A DNA stretch of 62,487 nt, counting the filler, from Choristocarpus tenellus KU-1152 (taxonomy: Eukaryota; Protista; Phaeophyceae): assembly GCA_964200185.2 (NCBI GenBank). It is 11 parts of 11 records of this genome, joined end to end, with 100 filler letters (N's around TTAATTAATTAA, not from the genome) between each part and the next. Parts side by side here need not be neighbours in the genome. Positions count along the whole stretch, not along the records: positions 12,341 to 21,059 come from CAXNAD020004406.1; positions 21,160 to 25,202 come from CAXNAD020016511.1; positions 25,303 to 28,166 come from CAXNAD020024113.1; 8 more parts are not named here. One strand, written 5' to 3'. Of the stretch, positions 13,072-25,897 are shown piece after piece. Every line of letters begins with the position of its first letter. Within the stretch, counting starts at the first letter, position 1. A model generated the notes under the pieces. The model was not told the DNA's origin. It saw nothing but the letters and a program-made list of their open reading frames with translations, and did not search any database. Made by a program: the position numbers and the translations under genes.

Positions 13072-14599
13072 TCTTCCCAATCCAGGTGCTCGATGATGTC
13101 GAGTGCAGGATTCCTTGACCTAATGCAAGATCAATGAGGTACAGGTCTTGGGTATTGTATTTGGTTTTTGGGGTAGGAAATAATCGTGCGGGAGACATAT
13201 CATCTGCGCGCAGTCGACACGCGGTGAACTTACACATAGTGGGGCTTGAGTGGCGGAGTATACTCTACTATGATATAATAATGACTACTACATCACATTA
13301 CTCAACAAATCCCAAACCTTCAGTCGCAAAGATAGTTCAAAGAAAGGAAATGAGAGTGGTTGAGAAAGGGAAGAACGACCATAAAACAAAAAAATACATA
13401 GCAGCGAAGAAGAAAAAGTGAACCGCAACCCTCTTGTCCTATTGCACCCGAACCAGTGCGCTCTCCCCATACGTGTCTTCATCACTGTAGATGACTGGTG
13501 GTGGTGTGGAAGAGCTTTGAATGCACCTTCTCGAATAATCGAATATACAACAATGTAGTCTTTTGAACAATGTATGTGTGAGGGAGGGTCATGGTTGCTA
13601 CAGTAATACTGAAGTAAGGGGCTTTGAGAACAAGAGTGTCATCTGGGTTGTATTGTCTGAGTGACGATCACCCCCCAGTTTTTCTGCTGACAATACCAGT
13701 GCTAATATACACTGCTCAACACACCTCCAAAGCAGTATAAATTTATCTCCAGGAGGTGGAAGTGTGGCGATCAGGTTGGGAGTGATCCTCTATATAGATC
13801 AAGAGATTCACCACTCTCCTAGATACCTTCTCTGGTACCACAATAGTAACAAGAAGGTTGGCTATGGGGAACACTCCATTCACAAACTCAATTCTCGTGG
13901 AGTGGGAGAATGTCCCTATTTCTTACAAAAGCGCAGCAAGGGGATGGACAGTAGTAGTGTTGCTTGCACCTGCAAAAGGTTAGGGTGCATGTGTCCTTGC
14001 TCAGTTGCCTTCGCGTTGCGCACTATCGTGCTTGTGGGCATATTCGTGGCCTAATCAAAAATTATTTCTTGAGGACATCCTCGATCCCATTGCCTTGACA
14101 CTCCATGCTACAGCATTTCATGCTGGTAGTACCTAAGCTATATCTTCTTAGAGTGTTAATGCCATAATTTGATTTTAGTACTTTATTGTCCAATCAAACA
14201 AGGGGTTGCTCTAAGGGCTAGAATACGAACAAAATATAATGTAAGTACTTAAATCTATATTTGTTTGTGTATTTATGATACGGTGGAAAGACCAAGAAAA
14301 CGTTGTGGCATACATGTAAAAGGATGCAGGTCAAGGAATTAAGGGTTTAACTGATAAGATCTTCCAATCTTCCGCTTCCTGAATGTGGGGTTTTGTCCAT
14401 CATAGTCGTGACACTTTAGTCAGGGGTGGTTTGGTTGCAATATGAAGCCTGACTGCCAAGATTGTGTGTGTGTAAGGTGATGCATAATACTGTCATCTTA
14501 AGCTAGCTTAGAAGGCACATGAAGAATCACACTGATTGGGAAACCATGTGCACTGTTTTGTTTCTAGAATCTGCATCTCATCATGCCTTTTGTGCTCAG

Positions 14600-15620
14600 A
14601 GTATATACGTACATATATAAATGCTTCTATTCACCACCACCACTGTGCTTAGTTGGCACCTGCTTGATTGCCAATCCACATGAATGTGAGTAAATACAGT
14701 TCGATCTGTAACGAGCAACCCACTCAAATACATCGAGAGCCAAAGTATCTTAGACGGTAGAGCCGCGTCCATTTGGGGACCAAAATCCATTGTTGCGATT
14801 TGGTATAATTTTGGCTATCGTGCTTGTTAGGAAGTGTCAATATCCTTATTCAGGAACAACCTTTTCATAACTCATACATTTCCCTACTCCGAAACATTTT
14901 GGAGTAGGAAAATGTCATGAAAAGAATCGTGGGAAGCCAAGCACCAAAATGGACAAACAGGGCAAAACCCGTACCCTCTAAGATACTTTCACTCTCGAAT
15001 CCGTCTCAGTTTTAGAGATGCGCACACGAAGTGAAGTCAGAAGAAGTAGTAGGGTGCGTGTATGTATGACTTAGCAAAAGAAGTGGTGGATACTTTGGCA
15101 AATGGGGACTAAGGCGGAGTGTTGTTGCTTATCAGTCGTGTACTTGCACATACACACACCTGTCCACAAAAACATATATTGAACTCCTGGCAGTAATCCC
15201 TGTTTTGTAGGGATGAGTGGGTGGCAGGAATCTTCCCTCTGACGTACTTGGTGAATAATAACGTTAGTCCACAAATTTGGCTGGGAAATGTGGTCTTGAA
15301 GTAAAGCGTGATAATAAGTAAGTGCTCCTTTAGCCATACAGATAGAATCACTCCCTTATATCACATAGGCAGACCCCCGAATTCGGTACTAACTCATCTT
15401 CCTCTATTCTTACTAATCAAAGGGCTTGGCCCTTGTTAATGACGGTCAACAACGTACTTGATGAAAAGAGACACTGGTCGTTGACCATGCTCCAGCCCTG
15501 TGAGTAAGCCTTGAGGATAATGAATACACCAGATCAGGTAGATGTTGCGACTTGCCCATGAAAGTGACATATCTTTTTCACCTTTCTTTGGACCGTGAGA
15601 GCAATATGTGGTCCCACGAC
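14600..15620 (-). mobile_element. Decayed Ty1/copia RT-RNase H remnant, interrupted by a MITE
   Basis: Ordered degenerate motifs on the minus strand: PDLVYSLS (~15530), GALTYY..LQDHISQ (~15310), NNT.A...AKVSTTS..KS.I...YYF (~15120-15045), IKQVPT (~14660). The order matches the copia RT end plus RNase H. Confidence 0.45.
14737..14994 (+). mobile_element. MITE subfamily A, TIR GAGCCAAAGTATCTTAG / CTAAGATACTTTCACTC, TSD TCGA
   Basis: Inverted ends, exact 4-bp direct repeat at 14733-14736 and 14995-14998, and homologous copies elsewhere in the window. Confidence 0.85.
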
Positions 15621-16378
15621 CAGGATAAGAATATACTCTGGAGTATTATGAGAGGTGTGAGGGTATGCTATACGATGGAAAACAATAGGGTGGACATCAT
15701 GGTATGGAAAGAGAAGTATTTGACGGTAGGTGGCCTGGATTTAGAGATTTGGGCTAGTAGTGGAAACATCCTACTATCCTATCAATCAGGTGTGTGTGTA
15801 TTTCTGTGGGTTTGATTGACCTAACATGAAATAGAAGACTAACATTCCATTCTTATTTCAACTTCCGTTCTCAACTAACACAATTCAGTGTCTAGAGTAA
15901 AAACATTATACTCTGGAGAACTTGAATTATTTCACTTTCTCATGCCCAAAGGCTAGCAAAAATGACAATATCGACATATGCTGGCTGACTCCCTGGGCTG
16001 TAGATGTCTCCTCTCTTTTGATTTTGGTTGTGTGTCTTCAAGAGTGTACAGTTACATAATATGAATGACTGTATTGTGTAGAATCACACAAGTTCTTAAC
16101 CACCTCATGCTCCCAGAGCGATGGAGATTGATGATCTGTGTCTCCGCGCGCGTTGATTTTTTAATAAATCATCCAATTTTCAACTTTGGACATGAGATTC
16201 ATCTTGAACGAACAATGATAGTACCACACTGCAACTACTACTCTTGTATTTTTGTTCATGATACTACTTGGCTCTCAGCGTCCTGGCTGCGTGGTTGAAC
16301 CCCCTTCTGAGTACCTACTGTAGAATCAAAAGAGGGGAGTTAATCATATCTCCGCTGCAATCCATACGCAGCAGGAGG

Positions 16379-19300
16379 ATGAAATGGGGTTACAGTGTGG
16401 GCCGTCAAGGTGTCTGTGTCCTGGCAGTACTCCTTACCCATGGCCGTTTTGGTCCTATGCTTTCCAATGCCCTCCTTTGGAATTATCAGCACTCATCCCT
16501 GGGCTCACGCGATCCGGCAGGACGCTTGTTACCACCCAAGAGCTGTGAAGGTAAGTGTGTGTTAACCCATCTGACCTAGGACTTGATGGTTCACTCCCTG
16601 GTTACGCCGTATTGCAATACCATTAACCCCCATCTTGCTTACTCGACATTTTCTCGATGCTTAAACCACAGCTGTTTCGCGCAAGAAAAAGATACAGCGT
16701 GGGATGAGTATGGAGTTCATGGAGGGCGATGACTCGCAGCTGAACAATAGGGTGGCAAGATTGGAGCAAATCGTCTTGGAGCAGGTGGCAGTTTTGGTCA
16801 TGTTATATAGTTATAAACCATAAGGTACATAAGATCAGCAACCTGTGGACGCATCTTTTGCGCGATTCGTGGTGATATCATGGTGACGTACCGTCGCAAA
16901 TGCTGTCGCTAGCTCAAGCATATTGAACAATCAAGTGACCCTCCCTCCCATTTTACACTTGTCTTGCTCCTGCTACTATGACCTACCTGAAAGTACGAAG
17001 AAGTTAAAACCTTAAGGGCGGCCGTCGACGAAGCACAGATGATAATTGCGATCCAGAGTGCCATAGATTCTCGTCTGCTTGAGGCCACCATGGACACAGA
17101 ATGGCACTCCAAGGAATTCGATCCGTGTATAATCCACAATGCGGAGAAGCTCCTGCGTAAGCGACAGGAGTTACTGCAGGTGAGGAAGGACTTACCAGTA
17201 CTGGATGTAGAGATTTCGTCTGAAGTGCCGTGTTAAGCACCCTCGTGAAATTCAAACCCTCCCCAGTCCTGGCTAGCGCTTTAGCCAAAAAGCAGTGATG
17301 TCTGGATCTCCACACCTCACTGGACAAGCGCCATCAGATTGACTTACTACCATTGTAAATACTCGAAATACCAAGTTACGTACAAAATATCTGCAAAGTG
17401 AAGATCCATGATCTTGGCAAAATATGTTTTTCAAATTATTTTTCGCAATTTACCGAAGAATACTATGACATCTGCAGTCTTCCTCTCCAAAAACAGTGAC
17501 AAGATGCAAGTCATTTCACGAGCTTTCCTCAACTGTTTTTGATACAACTAATTGGCATTTCAGTAACATTACATTTGAATGTTGGTAAGCATTTTATTTT
17601 CCCTTTTCGTGTTTAAAAACATGGTTGTCAGGAAAGCAACTGTTGTTGAAAAGAAATGAAATAATTTCCTTACCTATTTGCCTAAACCTCATCAATTGCA
17701 CCCTGAGCAGGTGGTTTCGATTGATACGTACAGTTTTTGACCAAAATATGCCAAATATATGTATACATATCTTGAGCTTTTTTTAATGGAGGATTCTCCC
17801 AGTGTGTTCAAGTTGACATTTGACAAGCATACTGTGGATATTACAGCACTTGGTCAAAGTCCACCGAGAAGATACAAACCAAGCATTTGCATTGTGCTGG
17901 AGACCTATGGTATTGCAGTACATAATGCTACGTTTGAACAGAGTACTTGTGCCTGTGAAACCTGTTGACATTTAAAGATCAAAGATCTAGCATTCATGAG
18001 CCTCGAGAAATATCTTTTGGTTTGACTACTGATAAAACTATTTACACGGGCAAGGCATTCATAGGTGAGTATCTTGTTGACTGCAAAGTTGTGTTGGTGT
18101 GCTTGAAAAGGTGTAGTGTGTTTGGCAGTGGATAGCTGTGTGTGTATTGTTCACAACCTTCCTGCTCACAACCACCCTGCAGATTTACAAAGAAAAGCAT
18201 TATCCCATTCTTTTGTTGGGTGGGGTGTGTATTACAAACAAGTTCAGATGGTTCAATTTTTCTGACAAGGGTTGATGCATTGGTCACCAGATTGCCAGCC
18301 ACCACTATGCTGTTGTAGTGGTGACAACCTCTGCACTTTTGCCCAGAGTGTGCATTTGACATAGCTGGTTGGGCTTTGCCTGAGGTGTGTAGCAAACTGG
18401 ACACTCCACTGCTTATCAGTGGGAACGATTACCCATCTGACCCAACACATGCTTCTGATGTACATTGGTGGTGTACCTAGATGATGTGCATCCAATGGAA
18501 GGTTTGCTCTTGACACTTGAGTACATGAACTCCTAAAAGTTTGTTCTCGTTGCCCCTCCCCAACCCCCACCCCCTGCCTCCATCTCCCAACCCCTTTATT
18601 TTTTCAAGCGGTGGAACCTAAACATGAGGTTCAGTGATGGGTATGCAGAGCCCTTGCCAAAGACAAGGAGGACAGTGCGGGGGGGTGAGGAGATGAGGGG
18701 CGGTGGGGGGGGGGGCAAGGGCAAGGAGAAGTCTACAAGAACAGCCGAAGAAAGGCAACATGTCAGAGAGCAGGAAGGCGGTGCCAGGATTGGTGCCAGG
18801 GATGCTGCTAAGGATCGAGGTGGAGTGGATGCTATGGGCATGGATGCCAGGGGAGTGGGGGGTGGTATTTATGACAGCGAGTATGATGCCTTTGGGATGT
18901 GGCCCCCACCCAAGATTATCCCGAAGAGCACCATGGATGCTGCTGATGCGGCTGGCGCAGCGGTGGTTGCAAGTTTGATGGAGGTTTGTGAAGTTGTCCG
19001 TTTTTGGCTTGGTTTTGTGCATGGTGGAGGCGATGCCCCTTGGTTTGTGTGTGTGTGTGTGTGTGTTCAAAGTAGATCCTCTTGTGTATTTCTGCGTAGG
19101 ACTGGGTTGGTCCCAAACAAAAGTCCTCTCCCCCTCACTACTTCCCTCACACAACCTCTGCAATCATGCGGATGCGACCTCACCCCCAGAGAATTGCAAG
19201 AAAAAAAATGTGAAACCCCCTTGCCCCCTCCCTCTCTGTAAAAAAAAATGTAAACGCCATGTGCTGAAGTAGGGGAGGAGGCGCTTCGTCGTGGAGGTTG

Positions 19301-20580
19301 AAGAGGCGCAGCTACAGACCAAGTCCATGCACTTCAGCCACGAGGCCATGGCAGAGTTCATCGAGCTGTTGTTGCTCCCCCTTGTCGCTGCTCTGGAGAG
19401 CCTCAACGTGAGTGTTCGTTCATTGCCTGCTTGGGGTTTTTTGTATAGGGGGCGAGGCATGGTTCAGCGCTCTTAATTGGGTTTTTGGGTTAGGGTTAGG
19501 GTTTAGTCAACGGTACAGTTTGACAAACAAAAAAAATGTTGATGGTGTATGAGGATTTAGTATGTACCTTTTTGGGGGCATATATATATATAATATGTGC
19601 ATAGTGTTAATACCATACCACTCTGCTGACGTCCGTTTTTTTTCTTGATGGAATTTTTTCAGAATTTTCTGGGTTAGTCGGCCGGTTCTGCTGGACTGTA
19701 TGTTGTGGGTGTGTGTGTCTGTGGGGGAAGGGGGGGGGAGGGAATGGGAACATGTTCATGTTTTTTTTATTTATTATTTTTATTATTATTATTATTATTA
19801 TTTATTTATTTTTCGGTGGGGGGCACGATATCGAGGCTGGTGATGTGCGTACTTTGTGAGGGAGTCGGTCAACCTCTTGTTGAACTGACTTCCTGACATA
19901 ATGTGAGATGGTCAGAGGCGCAGTGCAAACCGCTTCCTCTTTTCTTGTGTCGAAGCAAGCCCCCTTCTATCAACTTGGAAGAACGCCTGCCAAGACTGAC
20001 GAGCCCTGCCACTGTTGTCGTTGTCCCGTCACTTCTTTTTTTTCTCCTCTGGGGGTCCTCGAAAGCCTGAGCAGAACCGCTGCAAGGTTGTGTTCCACAA
20101 CATGGAACATTTGACTGAAGCCAAGAAGGTAAGCCAGAGGGCGTTTTTCCTGCTCTATCGTGCGCTACAGATATTCCCTTCCACTGCTGCGTAGCATCCT
20201 AGTACTCCTATTCCTCCCTCCCCTGGAACTCATGCCCCGGCCCCGACTCATGCCTTTGTGAATTTTTTTCCTGCTCTATTGTGTGCTACAGATCTTCCCT
20301 TCCACTGCTGTGTAGCACCCTAGTATTCCTCTTCCTCCCTCCCCTATGTGGAACTCATGCCCCGGCCCCGGCTCATGCCTTTGTGAAATTGTTTCGGAAC
20401 ACAGGCGATTATGATCGATGACCCGGACACAATCGCCATGGATGCGTTGGAGCACACCTCGGTGGACCCAAAGGACAGGGTTGTGGTGCGTGCTAAGTCA
20501 CCAATGCAGCAACCCTTGCCCTTGTGTTCCACGAGCTTCTTGGTCGCATTCAACCCGTCATGGGAATCAGTCGTCACCAG

Positions 20581-20611
<31 letters not shown>

Positions 20612-20963
20612 TTATCTTGTTCTCTTTTTTTTCCCTTTGATTTGTGAAGATCCTCACATCATTTTTTAGTTCATCGCAAGCACGACATTACGTCCCAAGG
20701 AGGTTCGGCTTGTTGGAAAGGGCAAATCGTGTGCAGGTGGGTATTGGTTACTGTGTATCCACACCTACCTTCCGCACACAGGCTGCGACAATCACTCCAC
20801 CTGCCAAACGCCTCTTTTTCTGTTGAAACCCCTCTTGCAGGTGATCGTGTCCCCCTGTGATTGGCCAGGTTCTAAGGGGGATGACTTGAAGAGGTTGCTT
20901 TGGGAGGCGCGCGACTCCGCTATCATTCTTTTGAACCCTTCTTCTATGGAGGGAGTTTTGGGG
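16379..20963 (+). CDS. Presequence-bearing protein with coiled-coil N-part and DUF1995-like C-terminal domain, 3' incomplete (exons 16379-16550, 16672-16784, 16994-17179, 18609-18983, 19273-19407, 20075-20128, 20405-20485, 20841-20963)
   Basis: Eight exons with GT-AG ends keep one frame. IPKSTMDAADAAGAAVVASLMEGRRRFVVEVE and VVVIVSP...AIILLNP resemble DUF1995 (PxxxxEAxxQAxxAxxxALxDGxxRLxVE; xxVILLNP). Confidence 0.6.
20143..20390. repeat. Intronic tandem duplication, about 120 bp x2
   Basis: The TTTTTCCTGCTCTAT...GCCTTTGTGAA block occurs twice and fills most of the intron 20129-20404. Confidence 0.85.
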
Positions 20964-21159
20964 GTACGAGAAGAAAGGGAGGGGGGGAGGGGGAGGGGGG
21001 GCAGGGAGAGATTAAAAAAAAAAAATCGTTCAACTTTTGTTTTGCTTATTTTTGGTCTGNNNNNNNNNNNNNNNNNNNNNNNNNNNNNNNNNNNNNNNNN
21101 NNNTTAATTAATTAANNNNNNNNNNNNNNNNNNNNNNNNNNNNNNNNNNNNNNNNNNNN

Positions 21160-21473
21160 GAATCATCCAATAAGATAGAGGGTAGGGTCATAGAGGGGGA
21201 GATGGACCCAGCCGTGGTGGGGTCATTCAAAATGACCCCTCGCATGTCGTCCATGGCTGCTAGCCTCAGGATAGCTGCCAAAGTCAACAACCAGGTGATA
21301 CACTCCCCCCCCTCCCCCCCCCAGTCAGACTTCCGTCTTGATGGGGTTGAAGGGGCTGCAATGTTGTTAACTTACGACCGAGGATAGGAACGTTTATCCG
21401 TGCGACACTTGAGGCCGAGACAACTCTTGGAGTTGAGTTGAGTGCATGTAGACAACTCCTCTCCGAGAACAAA

Positions 21474-21529
<56 letters not shown>

Positions 21530-21547
21530 CCCAACTCTTCCTTCCCG

Positions 21548-21594
<47 letters not shown>

Positions 21595-21645
21595 GTNNNN
21601 NNNNNNGAGTTGTGTGCTTGTAGACAACTCCTCTCCGAGAACAAA

Positions 21646-21679
<34 letters not shown>

Positions 21680-21957
21680 TAAGCGGTCGAGATTTGAACC
21701 CAACGCTTCCCACCAGAGATTTTTTTTTATTTTTTTATTTTTTATAATATAATACGTATTTCGGTGCGACTTGAACAGGACACCTACGTGGCCCCGAAGT
21801 ATGCCAAGTCTGCAATCGCTGGCAACTGGGTGCTGATGTGGGAGGATAAGGCGGCTGTATTCCGTGTGCGGTTGGAAAAGGATGGAATCTTCCGGTCCAA
21901 GGATGGACTGGGAAGCGGACAGCTAGGAGGCCGTTGGAACACGTGGGATGCTGACAA
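21160..21957 (+). CDS. Hypothetical beta-rich protein, internal exons 21160-21294 and 21779-21957
   Basis: In-frame splice: ESSNKIEGRVIEGEMDPAVVGSFKMTP...NNQ / DTYVAPKYAKSAIAGNWVLMWEDKAAVFRVRLEKDGIFRSKDGLGSGQLGGRWNTWDAD. Coding-like composition and canonical splice sites. Confidence 0.6.
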
Positions 21958-22124
21958 GTGAGCGGAGGGGTTGGGGGGCTCTTAGAGAGGGGAGGGAGGA
22001 GGAGAGGGGGGAGGGAGGAGGTTGGGGTAGGTAGGGTGCATGGTGTGGATTGTGTTGCTCTGTAGCTGTTGTTGGTAGGACTAGATGTGCTATCCACTTT
22101 TAGGCGCTGCACTCTCTATATATA

Positions 22125-22659
22125 CTCCTTCTGTCCCATTAGTCTGTTCCTTTATGCATGTACCTCTTCGGGATGGCCTCCGATTTCGAAACAGATTTTT
22201 GCATTGGATTCCTCAGCTAATTTGATGTAAGATGAGTTACATTTGAAAATATATATCCAAAAGTTGTTCTGAAAATAGGGAACAGAGGTCAGGCAGGCAT
22301 AGACCCACAAGAAGGCACTGAATTGGTGGATTGACGGCGTTGAGTGAAAGTGAGGAAATGTATTCTAATGCAAAAAATGTCAAGGAATCCAACTCAACAA
22401 TCTGTTTTGAAATGGGAGGTCATCCCCAAGAATTATATACATAAAGAAACAGACTTACGGGGCAGGGAGTATTTGCTTAGATAACACAAGAGATGAGTAG
22501 CCTATGTTTCAAGACGGTCCAGACCTTCCTATACTCTTCAATTATAACTCATCTTACGTAAAAGTTTCCGATTAATCCAACGCGAAAATCCGTTTTGAAA
22601 CCGGAGGTCATCTCGAAGAGGTACATGCATAAAGGAACAGACTTATGGGACAGAGGGAG
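22125..22659. mobile_element. Stowaway-like (Tc1/mariner) MITE with duplicated right end
   Basis: TA|CTCCTTCTGTCCCATTAGTCTGTTCCTTTATGCATGTACCTCTTCG... pairs with ...GAAGAGGTACATGCATAAAGGAACAGACTTATGGGACAGAGGGAG|TA (TIR ~85 bp). A second, more diverged right end closes at 22469. Confidence 0.85.
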
Positions 22660-24335
22660 TATGTGCATGTTTATATGTGTGCATGTTTATATGTGTATGC
22701 AGCAATGTTTTAAGAATAGAGAGGGATCAGTAGTCTTAGTTTGCAATGTAATTTGAAGCACTTGCATTATGTTAAGCTGTCCTTGACGATCTGTTGTCCC
22801 AGACAACCAGTTACATTATTGTTCATTAGCTTGCATCAGAGTTGAGAAGAGAGTGAGACGCCATCACCAGATGGGGTTCACCAAACCTTACAGCAAATAA
22901 TTCACAATATCAAGAGACCTGACTCTCCTACTCTAATATTCCGGGGGAACTTTGTCCGGTGAAATACCCTAACCCTAAATATCCTGAATGTCCCGTATCA
23001 TGGTTTGCATGTACACTCAATACGACTTCGAATCTTATATTCACAAATGGTCAAGCACAATCTTGACACACTCCCCTGCTCTGGCCATGCAGTGAGAACC
23101 AAATCAACCCAAGAATAAAATCCCAACACCAAATCAACTCAATGTTCCCAACTACCCCATGGTCACAGCGCATGATAGCTCTAGAGTGGAATTCAAAAAC
23201 GTTACTGGTCAGAGCCTTCGGGAACAAATCTCCACATTGTTCATCTGAGTTTTACGCATATAATCTTTCTCTTCCCCTCCTTGACCAAGTTCCTTACACA
23301 TGACGGTATCTAATATCTATATTTTGGTCCTACCACCTGAAGCTGTCTTCTCAGCCAACTTGATTGCTCCACTGTTTTCGTCTTCAAGCGATCGATCACA
23401 CACAACACTTGTGTATTGTTTGCTCCAGAAACGGTTGGACTTGGTTGCAAAAACACTCTCCTCCTTTGCCAAATCACACACCGACACACTCTCAGCCTCA
23501 GTGGTGATACGATAACGCAACAGTCTTCTACATTCGAGACGACCACCACCAGCTCACACATGCACCCCCAAACATTACCACTCCACCAGACACAGAAAAT
23601 CTGGAAATCACATAACTGGCGTAGTCTGCATCACCACGGCCAATGAGTTGGTCCCCTCGGTGCATCACCATAAGAACTGAAATCACCAAAGGTCAAGCCC
23701 CTCTTACTTGTCCTCAACAAATTTGCAATCACTAAATCAGTCTTTCTGCCCCTTTTCAATCCGTAACTGTGGGATTAACGCACTTCATCGCTAGCCTCCT
23801 TACCTCTAACACTACATCTGAACCGGTAATGATTGATGCCCACATTTATATACCGCGAATCGTAGGTCTGTCGTCATCTGGAACAGGTCCCTCCTGCTCC
23901 GCCCTCTTTGACCTTCCAGTCGTCCTCATCCCGCCTTGGACTTGTGTGCTCTCCCTCTTCCCCATCCACCTCCCTTCGATCGAAAAATCTTGTCCCAACT
24001 TAATGAGTAAGCAAACCAGGTGTTCGAATGTCTGTTGTGTATGTGCCCATTTCCTCATCCACTTCCCCGTTCCACAACAAGGGGCCAGCACTCCTCTGAC
24101 TCGTCTTCCTTTCGCAGTTTCAGTTCCTGATCATTTCCAGGTACCTGTAAACAAAAACTTCAAACAGACTCCACAGCGCCATCCATCTCCACCTACCTAA
24201 CTCCTCCAATAGTTGACCTAGTTCAGGCGTAGGATCACTTTTTGGATCCACATGTCGCAGCATCTTCTTTCCCACACTCCCCTGCCGTGACAGTGGGTCC
24301 ACATCACCAATGGAACTGTCCAGCCGTTCATCCAA

Positions 24336-24391
<56 letters not shown>

Positions 24392-24447
24392 ACCAACCCC
24401 CTTGCATTTCCTGCTACCACAGGATTTAGCAGAACTTTCTCAGCAGC

Positions 24448-24545
24448 ATCTTGATTGGACTATCTTGATTGGACTATCTTGATTGGACTATCTTGATTGG
24501 ACTATCTTGATTGGACTATCTTGATTGGACTATTTTGATTGGACT
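24448..24545. repeat. 14-bp tandem repeat (ATCTTGATTGGACT) x7
   Basis: Direct inspection. A (CT)n tract lies just upstream at 24339-24387. Confidence 0.95.
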
Positions 24546-25897
24546 CATCTTCAGTCCCACACGGACCTGCTTCAACTTCCTCAGGCATCAAACACCCTAC
24601 CCCTAAATCCGTGTATGGAGACTCTGATGTTGCAGTCATACTCGTTGACCCCCCTGGATCAATAACGGGCGGTGCTATCTTTGGATTGGGTCCCTCCCCC
24701 CTAACAATCCCTCCTGGGGCTATGGCATTCACTTCAACCGCCTCATGGGGAAGCGTGCTCATCGCTACAGCACCCTCCACTGATGTAGTAGCCTCAAACA
24801 TCGATTTGATGTGGATCGATGTTATTTGATGTGTGTACCTTTTGTATGTGTACCTTTTTTGTTCCTTTTTTTTTTTTAGGATGTTCATCACTGTCGTGCG
24901 CACAAAGAGCAGTGGGGTGGAAATGACTGGGGATCACATGTTCTGGGGCACAAAGATCACCGGACCAGAGGATAGCAAGGTGAGGGGATTTAGGAATAGT
25001 AGTGATGTCCATTTAGTTTGGTATTACTTCCATTGAGACAATCCTAACACTCCCTCGAACAAGCAGCAGTCCTCACCTCAAAAAAATTCTGTTTGCCGTA
25101 GGGCAGCGTGTTTGTTAGCACTATCTCAAGCCCCCCCCCCCCCCCGCGACCCAAACTATTTTAGTTTTAAAAGGTGTGGTTGGTGTGGGGTTGGTGGTCT
25201 TGNNNNNNNNNNNNNNNNNNNNNNNNNNNNNNNNNNNNNNNNNNNNTTAATTAATTAANNNNNNNNNNNNNNNNNNNNNNNNNNNNNNNNNNNNNNNNNN
25301 NNCGTCTTGCCCGGTGATTCTCTTCGCCACCCTTCCCTGAGTGAACCACGCCGCCACAGAATCACACGATTCACAAAAGGTTTTATATATATATTATCTC
25401 AATTGATTATTTTTTGGTCTATTGAATGAACTCGTTCTTTTTTGGTCTATTATCTACAGAAGGCCTCTCCATTTTGACCCGTACTTACAATTGAGGTATA
25501 TTTGACGGATTGGTAGCATTGAAATGTCCAACAAATCTATTCTTCACTAGGAACTACTCAATCATCTTCCCCTATTCTGACCAGTGTAGAATTCGTCACT
25601 ACTATTACTATTATATAGTAGTTTTGAAAGTCATATAGTATCAACACTTTAATCATTTGGAAGTAGTGTCTTATTGGTATCATACGTATCAAGCGTATCA
25701 ATACACTATTACTGTTCCAAACATCTAAGGTCCGCGAACTTTACTCGCGCCCGAACATCCCAACAAGATGTTATGGTATGAAAAGATGTTGCATGTAATG
25801 TCCTCTCCACCTCTTTGCCCAACGTGCGCCATGCAGTACATTGGATCCTGCTAGCGAGCGATGGATTGCGTAGCAACCACTAGCCGACACTCCTGAA

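Noticed and set aside
14737-14994. MITE family acting as Introner-like intron generators
   Set aside because: Copies lie inside existing introns or intergenic DNA, and none forms a complete intron with splice sites at its ends.
21284-21703. Poly-Lys/poly-Phe ORFs
   Set aside because: Long T homopolymers around a 10-N gap with a duplicated flank. This is low-quality intronic sequence.
22760-24903. Minus-strand coding-like stretch with several ORFs (possible LINE ORF1/gag remnant)
   Set aside because: Many stops and no motif I can identify with confidence. A putative zinc knuckle near 22790 is too degenerate.
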